Below are positions 1-14,315 of a DNA stretch of 54,296 nucleotides, piece by piece (position 1 is the first letter of the stretch; every line of letters starts with the position of its first letter). Under the pieces are notes generated by a model that worked only from the letters and a program-made list of their open reading frames with translations, did not search any database and had not been told where the DNA came from. The translations under genes and the position numbers were made by a program. Origin of the DNA: Octopus sinensis (Eukaryota); NCBI RefSeq assembly GCF_006345805.1, contig NW_021833862.1, positions 1 through 54,296 of the forward strand, written 5' to 3'.

Positions 1-208
1 TGTATATATATGTATCTATATGTATATATATGTGTATATATATATAATATATGTATATGTATATATATATATGTAGTATATATATGTATGTATATATATT
101 ATATTATGTATATTTAGGTATATATATATGTATGATATGTTGTATATTATGTATGATATATATGTATATATATGTATGGATATTATATATATATGTTATT
201 ATATATGT
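1..208. repeat. (TA)n/(TATG)n compound microsatellite
   Basis: Almost pure alternating TA with G interruptions. Confidence 0.95.
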
Positions 209-1221
209 GATTTTGATTTCGATTTGGATTTTGATTTTTCCAGTTTCAGCTAATGAGCTGTGGCCATGCTGGGGCACAACCGCCATTTGGTTTGCTACAC
301 GGTTTTACCTCACGGATGCTTTTTAGCAACGCCATTTGATGCATGAGAGAGTTCGATGCAGCTGCCGTCATCTGCACCTCCTGCCGTGAAGTTGGTTCAT
401 CTCGGGACACCTGACAGGAAGAGATCCAGTCCTACTTTAAAGACATCCGCATCTACACCATGCAGGTCCCTCAGGTTCTTCGGGAGGATATTGAGAGCCG
501 TGGGCCTCTGAAGCCCAGGCTATCACAATATCTTGTCCTACATCTTGATGGCAAATTTGGAGTCCATGGTACTACGCAGTGGCGTCCAGTTCTGGCATTT
601 GTGTGACTCGATGCCAAAGTCTGGGACAAGACCTTCCAGGATCTTCCAGATTATATTTATGGCATATTCTTTCTCGTCTACGCTCCAGGGAATAGAGCTT
701 TAATCTCTTGAGTCTCTCCCAGTAGCTCATATGCTGCACAGAGGCTATCTTCTTCGTGTAGCTTCGTTGGATGTGGATCGCCTCAAGTTCTGTGATCCAC
801 TTGACACTGGATGATGACCATAGTTGAGAGCAATAGTCAAAGTGGCTTAGGACAAGTGTCTTCCAGAGGACTATCATGGTTTCTTGTTCTCTTGTTCTAA
901 AGGTTCTAAGAATCCAGCCAGCCAGCCGTCTACAATTTCATTGTCAGTTTAGCACAGGTACATGAAATGTCGCGTCATCACTCATGTGAATAGCCAGGTC
1001 ACGCACTGATTGTGCCTCTGGGATTGCAATCCCTCCGGGTCCAGTGTATTCATTGGGTATTGCATTCAGTTTTGCATGCTGATAGTATAAAGCTTGAAAC
1101 TTTTCAGCATTGAACTGCATGCTATTCTTTTCAGCCCACTTGTATATTTCGTCCAGCTCACATTGTGCAGGTGCTTATTGTCCTCAGGGTTCTGTATTGC
1201 CTGTGAAACTTTTTGTATCAT
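209..1221 (-). mobile_element. CR1-group LINE, family A, 5'-truncated 3' end (degenerate ORF2 C-terminus, 3' UTR, AAATC-like tail)
   Basis: Minus-strand translation includes KTLVLSHFDYCSQLWS and SYWERLKRLKLYSLERRRER. It is the reverse complement of about 3276-4250 and ends in CATGGCCACAGCT..AGCTGAAAC. Confidence 0.92.
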
Positions 1222-1929
1222 ATATGTAATATATATGTATATATATATGTATAGATTATTATGTATATATAATTATATATATGTATATATATGTATATAT
1301 ATATGTGTATATGTATATATATATATATATGTATATATATGTATATATATATGTGTATATGTATATATATTATATGTGTATATATATCTATATATATATA
1401 TATATGTGCATATATATATATATGTATATATATATATGTATATATATATCTATATATTATATAGTGTTGTGCATATATTAGATATATGTATATATATATA
1501 TGTATATATATATATATGATATGTATAGATTATTAATATATATGTATATATAATATGTATATTATATATGTATATCTATGTTATGTATATAGATATATGT
1601 ATATATATATATGTGTATATATGTATATATGTATATATATATGTATATATATATGTGTATATATGTGTATATATGTAATATGTATATATATATGTATATA
1701 TATATGTGTATATAATATATGTGTATATATATAGTGTATATATATATATGTATATATATATATGTATATATATATGTGTATATAATATGTTATATATATT
1801 TATAATATATATATGTATATATATATAAATGTATGGTAATATATAATGTATATGTATTATGTAAATGTATATATATATATGTATATGTATATAAATATTA
1901 TGTATATATATGTATATTATATATGTATG

Positions 1930-1991
<62 letters not shown>

Positions 1992-2146
1992 GTATATGTA
2001 TATATATTATGTATATATGTATATGTATATATATATGTATATATGTATATGTATATATCTATGTATATATATATATGTATATGTATGTATATGTATTGTA
2101 TGTATATGTATATATGTATGTATATGTATATATATATGTGTATATG

Positions 2147-2181
<35 letters not shown>

Positions 2182-2765
2182 GTATATATATGTGTATATG
2201 TATATATATATATATGTATATATAATAATATGTTATATATATGTGTATATATATGTGTATATATGGTGTATATATGTGTATATATATGTATATGTAAGTG
2301 TATATATATATGTATATGTACGTGTATATATATATGTGTATATATATATATATATGTGTATATATATATATATGTATATATGTATGTATATATATGTGTA
2401 TATATGTATGTATATATATGTGTATATATATATGTATATATATGTATATATATGTATATATATATGTATATATATGTATATATATATGTATATATATATA
2501 CATGTATATATATATGTATATATATATACATGTATATATATGTGTGTATATATATATGTATATATATGTATATATATATGTGTATATGTATATATATGTA
2601 TATATATATGTGTATATATATATAAATGTGTATATATATGTGTATATATATGTATATATGTGTATATATATATATGTGCATATATATATGTATATATATA
2701 TGTGTATATATATATATGTATATATATATATGTATATATATATGTGTATATATATATGTATATAT
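1222..2765. repeat. ~1.5 kb (TA)n/(TATATG)n microsatellite
   Basis: Direct reading; source of the YI/VY-rich pseudo-ORFs. Confidence 0.95.
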
Positions 2766-4263
2766 GGAGGTAGCAGAGCGGAAGCCAAGAACTATAGACC
2801 TATCTCTCTGACCTCACACATCAGCAAGGTCATGGAACGAATAGTCAGAAGAAAGCTGATCACCTTCCTTGAAGAGAATGACTTGCTGCCCGACACCCAA
2901 CATGGTTTCCGACCAGAGAGAAGCTGTTTAACTCAGCTCCTACAACACTATGACTGGGTGCTGAAACGGCTGCTCAACCACTCAAATGTGGAAGTGATAT
3001 ATCTCGACTTTGCCAAAGGCCTTTGATAAAGTCGATCATGGAATGATGTCACAAACTGCGTGATCTCAACATAGTTGGAAAACTGGGAGAATGGCTTCAT
3101 GACTTTCTGAAGGATAGAAGTCAGGTGGTAGTAGCCAATGGGGCCACCTCCATTAACACACAAATAGTGAGCGGTGTTCCGCAGGGCACTGTTCTGGGCC
3201 ACTACTACTACTGTCATAATGGCCCTCTCAGACATGCCCTCAGCCCCGCAGAGAGCCACGATCACAGTTATGCAGATGATACAAAAGTTTCACAGGCAAT
3301 ACAGAACCCTGAGGACACTAAACACCTGCAATGTGAGCTGGACAAATACAAGTGGGCGCTGAAAAGAATAGCATGCAGTTCAATGCTGAAAGTTTCAAGC
3401 TTTATACTATCAGCATGCAAAACTGAATGCAATACCCAATGAATACACTGGACCGGAGGGATTGCAATCCCAGAGGCACAATCAGTGCGTGACCTGGGTA
3501 TTCACATGAGTGATGACGCGACCTTTCATGTACATGTTGCTAAACTGACAATGAAATGTGACGGCTGGCTGGATGGATTCTTAGAACCTTTAGAACAAGA
3601 GAACAAGAAACCATGATGGTCCTCTGGAAGACACTTGCCCTAAGCCACTTTGACTATTGCTCCAGCTATGGTCCCATCCAGTGTCAAGTTGATCACAGAA
3701 CTTGAGGCGATCCAACGAAGCTACACAAAAGATAGCCTCTATGCAGAATGTAAGCTACCTGGGGAAAGACTCAAGAGATTAAAATTATATTCCCTGGAGC
3801 GTAGGTGCGGGAAAGATATGCCATAATATACATCTGAAGATCCTGGAGGGAAGTGTCCTGAACTTTGGCATCGAGAGTTACGCAAATGCCAGTACTGGGC
3901 CGCCACTGCGTGGTGCCTAGGACTCCAAACCTGCCATCAAGATGTAGGACAAGATTCCTGTGATAGCCTGGGCTTCCGAGGCCCACAGCTCTTCAATATC
4001 CTCCCGAAGAACCTGAGAGACCTGCATGGGGTGGATACAGATGTCTTTAAAATGAAGCTGGATCTCTCCTGTCAGGTGTCCCAGATGAACCAACTTCACG
4101 CAGGAGGGGCAGATGAGGGCAGCTGCATCGAACTCTCTCATGCACCAAATAGCAGTTGCTAGAAAGCCTCCATGAAGTGAGACCAAGTAGCAACACCAAA
4201 TGGCGGTGCCCCAGCATGGCCACAGCTCATAAGCTGAAACTAGAATCAATCAATCAATCAATC
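2766..4263 (+). mobile_element. CR1-group LINE, family A, 5'-truncated at the start of the RT domain, (AATC)n tail
   Basis: RT motifs [52 protein letters not shown] and SYADDTKV, with many frameshifts. Flanked by an exact 28-bp direct repeat (2738-2765 and 4264-4291). Confidence 0.95.
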
Positions 4264-5260
4264 ATATATGTGTATATATATATGTATATATATGTATGTA
4301 TATATATGTATATATATATATGTATATATATATGTATATATATATATGTATATATATATATGTATATATATATATGTATATATATGTATATGTATATATA
4401 TATATGTATATATGTATATGTATATGTATATATGTATATATATATATGTATATATATATATGTATATGTATATATGTATATATGTATATATATATATTAT
4501 ATATATATATATGTAATATATGTATATATATATGTATATATATACGTATATATATATATAGATGTATATATATATACGTATATATATATATATATTAAGT
4601 ATGTATGTATATATATATATATGTATATATGTATGTATATATTCTATAAATATGTATATATATGTATATTATCTATATGTATGTATATATATCTATATAT
4701 ATTATATATATGTAATATATCTATATATATGTATATATATCTATATATATTCATATATATATGTATACATAACTATATATATGTTATAATATATATATAT
4801 ATAATGTATATATATCATATATATGTATATATATATGTATACATATCTATATATATGTATATATATATATATATGTATTATATCTACTGTATATATATGT
4901 ATATATATATGTATATATATTATGTATATATATCTCTATATATGTATATCCTATATCATATATAGTATATATATATATGTATATATATCTATATACATAT
5001 ATATATAATATATAGATATAGATAATATATAACATATATAGATATAGATCTATATATATAAAACATATATAGATATATATATACATATATAGATATATAT
5101 ATATATACATATATAGATTATATATACATATATAGATATACGATATATATATACATATATAGATATAGATATACATATATTATATATATATATTATATAG
5201 AATATATATATACATATATATAGATATATATATATAGAGAGAGAGATATATTAGATATAG

Positions 5261-5298
<38 letters not shown>

Positions 5299-6011
5299 AT
5301 ATCATATATATAGATTATATATCTAGAGAGAGAGATATATATAGATATATATATATAGAGAGAGATATATATAATATATATATATAGAGAGAATATATAT
5401 AGATATATATATATAGAGAGAGATATATATAGATATATATATATAGAGAGAGAGATATATAGATATATATATAGATAATAGATATATATATATGTCTATA
5501 TATCTATATATATATATCTATATCTATCTATATATCTATATATCTATCTATATATCTATATATATGTCTATATATCTATATAATGTCTATATATCTATAT
5601 ATAATGTCTAATAATCTATATATATATATATTATCTATATAATATATATCTATATATTCTATATATTATATATCTATATATATATATATCTATATATCTA
5701 TATATATATCTATATATCTATATATGTATATATATTTCTATATATGTATATATATATATATATATCTATATATGTTATTATATTTCTATATGTATATATA
5801 TATATCTAATATCTATATATGTATATATATTCTATATATGTATATATATCTATCTATATATCTATATATGTATATATATTTCTATATATCTATATCCATA
5901 TATGTATATATATATCTATATCTATATATGTATATATATATATATATTACATCTATAACTATATATGTTATATATATATATATATCTATACTATATAACG
6001 TATATTATATA
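4264..6011. repeat. ~1.75 kb compound (TA)n/(TATG)n/(TAGA)n/(TATC)n microsatellite
   Basis: Direct reading. Confidence 0.95.
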
Positions 6012-8178
6012 AAACATCTTGGCAATCTTTGTAGACACCTCACAGACATATGTGCAAACACTCCCCACCAAGACCTGTGAAACAAAAAGTGCAGAATCCT
6101 CCAAAACCGAAAACCATTATCAAAAAATAAAAGAACAAACAAAAATTAACAAACTAAAGTACTGCCAACAGCAACACACACATTCGACGGCTATCGCACT
6201 GCTTGAATCTAAAAAATAAAACCTCAACAATGCATGAAGACCCTCATCAATAACCAAGAGATCAGCTGAGGAGAAGTGGGCCATTGAAAAAATCAAACTC
6301 AACCCCAAAGTGTTCTTTTCATTTGCGAGGAAACGCAGGGTCACTGTCTCCACTGTAGGCCCTCTAATTGACGAAACTGGCACTCTCCAAGATAATGCCA
6401 AATCCATGGCCGAGATACTGCAGAAACCATACTGCTCTGTTTTCAGCAATCCTGATATTGGCCGATCTGGGCTGTATCATTGATGTCAACCCCAACACAC
6501 TATATCGGACATAACGTTTAGTGCCCCTGATGTCTTAGCGGCGATAAACGAAATAAAATACATTCACAGTAGGCCCCCGATAGGTTCCCTGCTTGTGTCC
6601 TGAAGGTGTGTCGACACCAACTTGCATCTCCCCTTGCTAATCTGTGGAGAAACTCACTGGATGCTGGCTATATTCCAAAAAACCTTCTGTCCCAGTCTGT
6701 TGTCCCATTTTCAAAAAGGGAAACAAGTCCCTTGCAGTGAACTACCGTCCGATCTCACTCACCTCTCATATCATCAAGGTATTTGAGAGGTGGTGAGATC
6801 TCGAATAACCCAATTCTGGAAAGCAACAGACGGCTGATCTCCAACCAACATGGTTCCGTAATGGAAGGGACTGCCTAACGCAGCTCCTGCATCACTTTGA
6901 TGACATTTTGAGAGCTTTGGGAGAGGGCTCCAACACCGATGTCATCTACCTTGATTTCAGTAAGGCCTTCGACAGGGTCGATCACAAGATCCTATTGAAA
7001 AAACTATCCAACATTGGTGTCTCTGGAAAGTTACTGAAATGGATCAAGTGTTTCCTGACACAGATCTCAACATGTTGTAGTTGAAGGGGTAAAATCAAGC
7101 CCAGCCAAAGTCAGTAGTGGCGTTCCGCAAGGCACTGTGCTGGGCCCACTTCTTTTCATCATTTACATTAATGACATTAATGACATCATCAAGCACAGCA
7201 ACATAAAATTTTTTGCAGATGATTCCAAGCTACAGAAGGTCATAAATGAGCGAGTGACCGAACATGCCTTCAGTCAGATCTACTGGCTGTTATCCAATGG
7301 GCAGAAAAAACAATATGCTGCTGAACGAGGATAAATTTGAGTTAATCCACTTTGGAAAAAGGGGATGCCCTGAAACTCCCATACTCCCTTCCTTCAGTGA
7401 AACTCTCGCGGCGTCCAACAACATCAGAGACTTGGGATAATTGTGGACACAACATAAGTTGGGCCACTCATATAAACACCAAAGTTGACATGGCCCGCAA
7501 TAATGTGTTCCTGGATTCTCAGAACTTTCCAGTCGAAGATATCCACACCATTATCCTTCTCTTCTCCACTTTTGCCCGACCCCACCTTGAATACTGTTGT
7601 CCACTGTGGTCTCCCACACAATACAAGGTATCATAAAGTTGAAGCACCTCAAAGGGCAATCACAAAAAAGATAGATGGCATGACGGCCTCGACTATTGGG
7701 TCGACTAGAAAAGCTAAAACTTTATTCTCTCCAACGTCGTCGTGAGCGCTACATCATCTGCATGATGTGGAAAATATTCCATCAGCATTGCCCAATGATG
7801 TTGGCATCACCTTTAGGGTACATCCAAGGCTTGGCCCCGTGCCATCCGCCCAAAACAAAAATCGCACTCTCATCTCATAACAACAATACGGCACGCACAA
7901 TTATTTCACCTCAATTGGCCCCGCTCTCTTTAACATTACACCAAAACACTTAAAACAGAAACTGACCCTATAGGGTTCAAGAAGTCTTTGGACAGATTCC
8001 TTCAAGAAATCCCGGATAAACCCTCTACACCCGGATATGTCTCTGTAAACAATAACTCTCTACTTGAGTGGGCCATAGTGCCCAAATTCTGACTTGAAAG
8101 ACTTCACCAGGTGGTGCTATTAAGTTAGACATGGCCTGGGCCAATAATGGCCGAAACCTATCAAAGTATCAAAGTATC
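6012..8178 (+). mobile_element. CR1-group LINE, family B, 5'-truncated, near-complete RT plus C-terminus, (ATCAAAGT)n tail
   Basis: [102 protein letters not shown]; frameshifted. Confidence 0.95.
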
Positions 8179-10130
8179 TATAACTATATATGTATATATA
8201 TATATATCTATAACTATATATAACTATATAAGTATTTCACGAATGAAATAAAAATCTAATGAAGTGAGATATCTTACGATCTTTTCAGGGAATACGTAAA
8301 GCAAAAGCTTATTCTTTCGACTTTGGTTGTCGCTTTTCCTACATCAGAGATAGAATGTTTTCAAGTTTAGATTTTTAAAAATTGAATTTTTTTTAAAGAG
8401 TTTTTCACACATATATATGTCACTGGGTATTTATACAGTTACGTACATGCCCATACATTCGAGCCGAACACGCAGGAAAGGCAAGAAAAATGAGAATAAA
8501 AAAGACAGATGCTGTGTGTGTGTGTGTGTGTGTGTGTGTGGTTGTAAGACTAAGAAGGTATGTGTGTATATAGACATGCACTCTACACACAATACATGTG
8601 TGGGTGTTAAGAGGATGGGAAGGCCGGCAGTTTGAACAACAAGCAGAATCAATGTTTGGTGTGTTGGTAGGTGGTTGTGGATGTGTGTGTGTGAGAGAAT
8701 ACTGTATGACGCCATTTTGTCAACAGACGCCATCGGATCTTGTCAACTTAGTCAAACATGTCGGGAAGGTCAAAGCTACAAATAGCTTAACTAACGGAAG
8801 CTGATCCGTCACGTATCGAGGGACATGAGAATATAGACCCTTGAAGAACACCTGCCAAGTCCTGCTAACATATGTTTAGTGATGGCGGACAGCTTGTGCT
8901 TCTGTCTCTTATTTAACCCAACACTGACCTCCACCCCTTTTCTCTGTAAACAACATTTATACAGGCTTATATGTATTGTATGTATACATCTATGTGTATA
9001 TATATATATATATATAATATATATATATATATATGAACTTATCTGTATAAACGAGTGACTATATGCCGAGAGAGAGAGAGAGAGGTGGTGTGTATACACT
9101 GATATACACACGAAGCTTCATATTCACAATAGAGTAAAAACAAGAGAAATTAAATTGGTTTAAGGTCAATATCGAGGTCGGTATATATTAACTGTGTGTG
9201 TGTAATGATTATATACACACACACACTCACACACACACATTAATCCATTCGCTACAACGTTCTTTTATGTTGGAGGCAATATCTTCATATTTTTATAAAC
9301 CTGAGCTCTTGGAAACAATCCATTTTGTGAATTTTCTAATATTCTGATGATTAAATTTCAATATCTTCATCATATTGTTTAATTACGTTAAATACTTTAT
9401 GATAATGAGAGAGGTTAGGGGTTGAGTATCATAGATACAGCAAATCGTCGCTCCTTTTCTTGTTTCAACAATTCTTAAATGAAAGAATAGTTTCTGGTTC
9501 TAATCTTGCTTTCTCCAACTTCTCACCGTCCGTCCTCTGTCCTCGTTCATATTATTTCCTGGTCACAATTTTATGCCAATCTCTCCATAGTCTCACAAAC
9601 AGCTTCACCTTACTGTTTCCTTTCGATAGTCCCCCTCCCTCCCTCTCTCTCTCTCTCTTCGCATCTATTCACTTTTCCTTTTCCTCTCATAGATATCCAA
9701 TATCCTGCGCCATTGCTCTTCAATCGGACTGGTTCGTCTTATCGTTGCTTTCCTCTTAATCTATGTCTTTCTTCTTTTCATTCTTCGCTCATATCCAATC
9801 AGTTCTGCTACTCTTGCTTCAAGATACCGAGTTGTTTGTTCGACTGTGACCGTTGTTTAAATGGCATAAAATTTGTTGTGTAAAAGTTTTAAGAAGAGTA
9901 ACAACATAAAAAGAAAAGGATTCTTCAAATTTAACATGATTACATAAATAAAAAAAAAAATTTTAATGGCCAGAATCAGGAATCGCCTCTTTTCCGTCTT
10001 GTTGGTTGCTGCCTTGGGATCGTAAAAGGGAAGGATACGATAAAAACTTTATTTTAAAAAATGAGATTGACTTAGAACATAGTCGTGTTTTCAATGCAAC
10101 ATGTTTAAAAGAAAGGCTGTTACCAGAGAA

Positions 10131-10183
<53 letters not shown>

Positions 10184-10834
10184 TAAGAAGGTATGTGCGT
10201 ATGATACCAATAAATTATTGCTTCTGAAAGTTGTTTTTATACCAACCACGGACTGCTCGAAACTTACTATCTTACTAACACCTAGATCCTCGGATCTTAC
10301 AATTAATTATCACTATATATATACATACATACATATATACATGCATAGCTGTATATATCTGTATAAGGATTTACTTATACACATACAAACACACACAATG
10401 TATATATAGATACTCGCATATACACAGGTACACACACACACATCATATATAGCACAAATGGGATTAAAAATCCAGGCAGATATCAATAAAGCAGTCAGTA
10501 TCAAAAGAATTTGGTTACCAAACTTCAACAATTAGACACCAATAAATGTAAGTAGAATACAGATCCCAGATAAATCCTTATCTATGACAGCTAAATCCAA
10601 ATATCCTTTGGAAGAATTTCCAAAAATTCAGTATTTGACAAAGAAAAAAAAGCATGCGTATAGAGAAAATGACATCTTTATTATATATCTCCCCTTATAA
10701 AGCCGACGGTTGTTTCGATTGCATATATGTATATATATATATGCACACATGTATACACCTATATGTGTGTATATTTCTCCTCCTGCCGGAACGGGGCAAT
10801 ACGAATGAATTATTATTTTTTAAGGTTTCGTACG

Positions 10835-11102
10835 CTTATTGCTCTTTTGGCGGAACACTGCGAAGATACGGGGACGTAAACGCACCAACACTGGTGGCTA
10901 AGCGGTGGTCACACACACACACGCACGCACACACACACGCACGCATGCACACACGTGTGTGTGTATACGACAGACTTCTTTCAATTTCCGTATACCAAAT
11001 CAAGCCATAAAGCATTGGTCGGCCCGAGATTATCAGCTGAAGGTGCAACGTAATAGAACTGAACCCGGAACTGTGGTTGGGAAGCAACCACACAGCCAAT
11101 AT
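10835..11102 (-). mobile_element. tRNA-derived SINE, near full length with internal (CA)n
   Basis: The minus strand reads GGCTGTGTGGTTGCTTCCCAACCACAGTTCCGGGTTCAG.. and ..GACGGAAA-like core, homologous to copies at 22640-22885 and 35901-36064. Family identity is from recall. Confidence 0.7.
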
Positions 11103-12717
11103 GAATATCTTTATATAGGTGTTTATATATGTGTGTGTGTGTGTGTGTGTGTGCCAGTGTGAGCCACTATATGCAGAATGCATGGGCACGTGCCCCCAAA
11201 TCCACGTTCCGATGCCCCCCTCCCCACATATATTTCTAGATAGAATGATATGATTCTAGTTATTGCAGTATCATGTGATTTACAAGTTAGTGACCTTAGA
11301 CGCAATTAACTGACCACTGAACGGCGAACGGACGGACGGATGGACACATATGTGTATATACATGTGTGTGTGTGTGTGTGTGTGTGCGTGTGTGCGTGCG
11401 TGTGTGTACATATATATGTACAACCAAATGAAATGCAAATAATTATTTCCTGGGTGTAGAACTACTTGGCCAGTAGGTCGCTGCTGTAACATGGAGGTGA
11501 AACTTGTTAGCAGCAAATCATGCAGTGATTTACTACCACTGTGCCAACACGTGGGTATTTTATTTACATGTGTGTGTGTGTGTGTGTATAACTGTATCAC
11601 ACTTAAATATCATGAGATTTCGAGTGTATTAGTATTAATGTACATAGCAGTTCCCATACAGATATCAGGCATACGAATATATATATACGTTATGCATAAT
11701 GCATGTTTTTAGTTGTGTATACATAGACATCCCTGTCTCCCACTTTCAATCTTTCCTTCTCTCTCTCTCTCTCTTAACATATATACACACACTTAACATA
11801 TATACACACACAACGCATATGTACATGCGCAAACTGCACGTACACATACGCACACACGCGTGTGTGGGTGTGCGTATACCACCACCACCACCACCACCAC
11901 CACCCACTATTCTCAAATGATAATATTCAACAAATTTCTATTCCAGTGTGAAGTTATGCACTTATGTGGCCGGTGGGTAGGGTGTTGATTGGAGGTCATT
12001 CCATATCTGCCCTCCACCTCTTTCTTTGGAGCCTGTACAATAGACAGGGCCGTCAGTAATCTTCCGCTCCCACCGCACTCCTTCTAAAAAGCCCACTTTT
12101 TCCATCCCTGCCCATCTCTTCTCCGATGAAATTATTTCTGCCGGATATTACAGTTTCATCCTTAACTGACATTTGCTTATTCCACGCCTGTTTTGCTTAA
12201 TTACATCAGTCAGCCAAGTGTGACGGTAACTGACACGTGACACCCTCGCACCCCACCACCCCACCACTGTCATTATGTTATTAATTCTTCCATAAACATA
12301 CCTCTTGCTGAAAGTTGGTCATTGCTATAAGGTCCACTTGGCCGATGGCCAGTAGGTGACGCTGTTGACAGGCACACAACACATCGGCGTTTTACGAAGT
12401 TTCATTTAGTATCATCACCATCATCATCATCATCACCTGTCTACACATATGATGTGCCTGATATAAATAAGCAAGCTGACTGACGTACATATGTATATAT
12501 ATGTGCATGCGAATACACACAGACACACACTCGCGCGCGCGTGTGTGTGTGTATACATATATACACACACAGATAGTTATAATAGATGTGTACGCATGTT
12601 TATTGTTTATATAAACTGATTTCTTACTTTTTTGCTTTCATATATTTATATATATATATGTATGTGTGTGTGTACGGACGCACATCTTCTCACGCACCGC
12701 ATACAAACATACATCTG

Positions 12718-12781
<64 letters not shown>

Positions 12782-13519
12782 AGCGTCATTCATCCAATGC
12801 TATGTGTCTTTTGTTAAAGTTGTCGTTATTGACGCCGCCAACGTAATAAATAAATGATATCATCGCTAAAGCAACTATTTCTGGAACGGACTTTCATTAA
12901 GTGAATTTTATTTTGCCACTGACACCTGAAATATAGTTATAATTGGGGAAGGTACCTACCTACCTACCTACCTACCTACCTGCCTGCCTGCCTGCCTGTC
13001 TGTCTGTCTGTCTGTCTGTATGTCAGTCTGTCTGTCTGTCTATCACACGGAAAAGGTTGAGTAACTTCGAAATTTTGGCGTCCTTATCGCTACCAGACTG
13101 TCTAGTGTCGGGAAGTGGGCTGGAAATTCGAAGTCACTACCGACTTTTTCTATATCAAGAAATATAAATCTAATACTCTACCGAAAATATATATTTGTGT
13201 GTGTAAATATTGGATGCGCGCGTGTGTATGTGTGCGCGCGTACATACACACTCAATGTAAAGCAAGAGTGAAAATGGTGGCTCATTTCTCCTTGATTTCG
13301 ATTCTGTTCTCTGCTGTTCGATATTCCCTGAATAATGTTCGTTATCCTCTTCTCCATAGAAACATATCCTCACTTATAGACATTTCCATATATAGTTCTG
13401 TAACTGATCGTTAGCGTACCATTAAGGGCTCATTGCCAAAGCATACATGTTCCCAAGGGAATATGATAAATACTTCCATCCATGATGTGACCCCTACCTG
13501 AAACCTTAGACACTTTATC

Positions 13520-13910
13520 ACAACCAAGGTTCGACTCCATTGACCGTCGACAAGTTCGCGTACCTTAGCGGCCCTCAATCAACAACTGTCCATACCGACG
13601 ATGAGTTCAGTAGCAGATTTATCAAGGTCATCATCACTTTAGATGGATTTCTCAAGAACTCAGAGTGGAAGGGGCCAAGTTATTGTTTAGAGTGCCTGAG
13701 ACCCTATCAGCCGGAAGTTCTCAGCTTCTGCCGACTTTACTACACATCGTTGACACGTGTACTGTTAACAGTAAAGAGAATAAATAGATTCTACCTGGAC
13801 TTCTTGCACAAACTGTTGTATATTTGTTGATAGAACGAGGTCTGAGGCAGTAAGTTCCTCACTTGTGATATTCTATCCAGCGTCAACACTCCTCTATGAA
13901 CAATTGAGCG
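13520..13910 (+). mobile_element. RTE (BovB-like) LINE ORF fragment, degenerate
   Basis: TVDKFAYLSGPQSTTVHTDDEFSSRF...RINRFYLDFLHKLL resembles the RTE-BovB post-RT segment VDKFTYLGSTLSRxVHIDDEVNxRI...LNRFHLxCLRKLL. Confidence 0.7.
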
Positions 13911-14204
13911 GTCCTGGCTTTGTGGTTCTTAACAAAATCAATAAGAAACAAGTCGGGGTAGTGGACTGTGTTTGAAGAGAGGAGAGCGCAACACTCGACG
14001 ACACTGAGAGCAAGAAATTGCATTTATTTAAGATGAATAGTTCAAGGTAAGAACCTACTTAGAAAAAAATATGTATATTGAATAAATATAGAACAGATGT
14101 GTGTATAAGACATTAATATATATGTGGAGAGACATATATGAAAGGTGTGTAGATAGAAATAGACAATATATTAGAACCAGGAATGTTTATATACAGGTAT
14201 ATAT

Positions 14205-14315
14205 ATATATATATGTCTATAGATATATATATAAGTCTATAGATATATGTATAAGTCTATAGATATATATATAAGTCTGTAGATATATATATATATGTCT
14301 ATAGATATATATAAA
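14205..14315. repeat. 20-bp minisatellite (GTCTATAGATATATATATAA) x about 5
   Basis: Direct reading of tandem units. Confidence 0.8.

Noticed and set aside
1833-2811. Long YI/VY/MC-rich ORFs (up to 296 aa), also at 4156-5176, 29138-29797 and 48033-48362
   Set aside because: Translations of (TA)n/(TATG)n/(CA)n repeats that lack stops by composition.
8139-8157. LINE 3' stem followed by GAAAC as a hammerhead half
   Set aside because: No CUGANGA box upstream in families A, B or C; treated as an RT-recognition hairpin instead.
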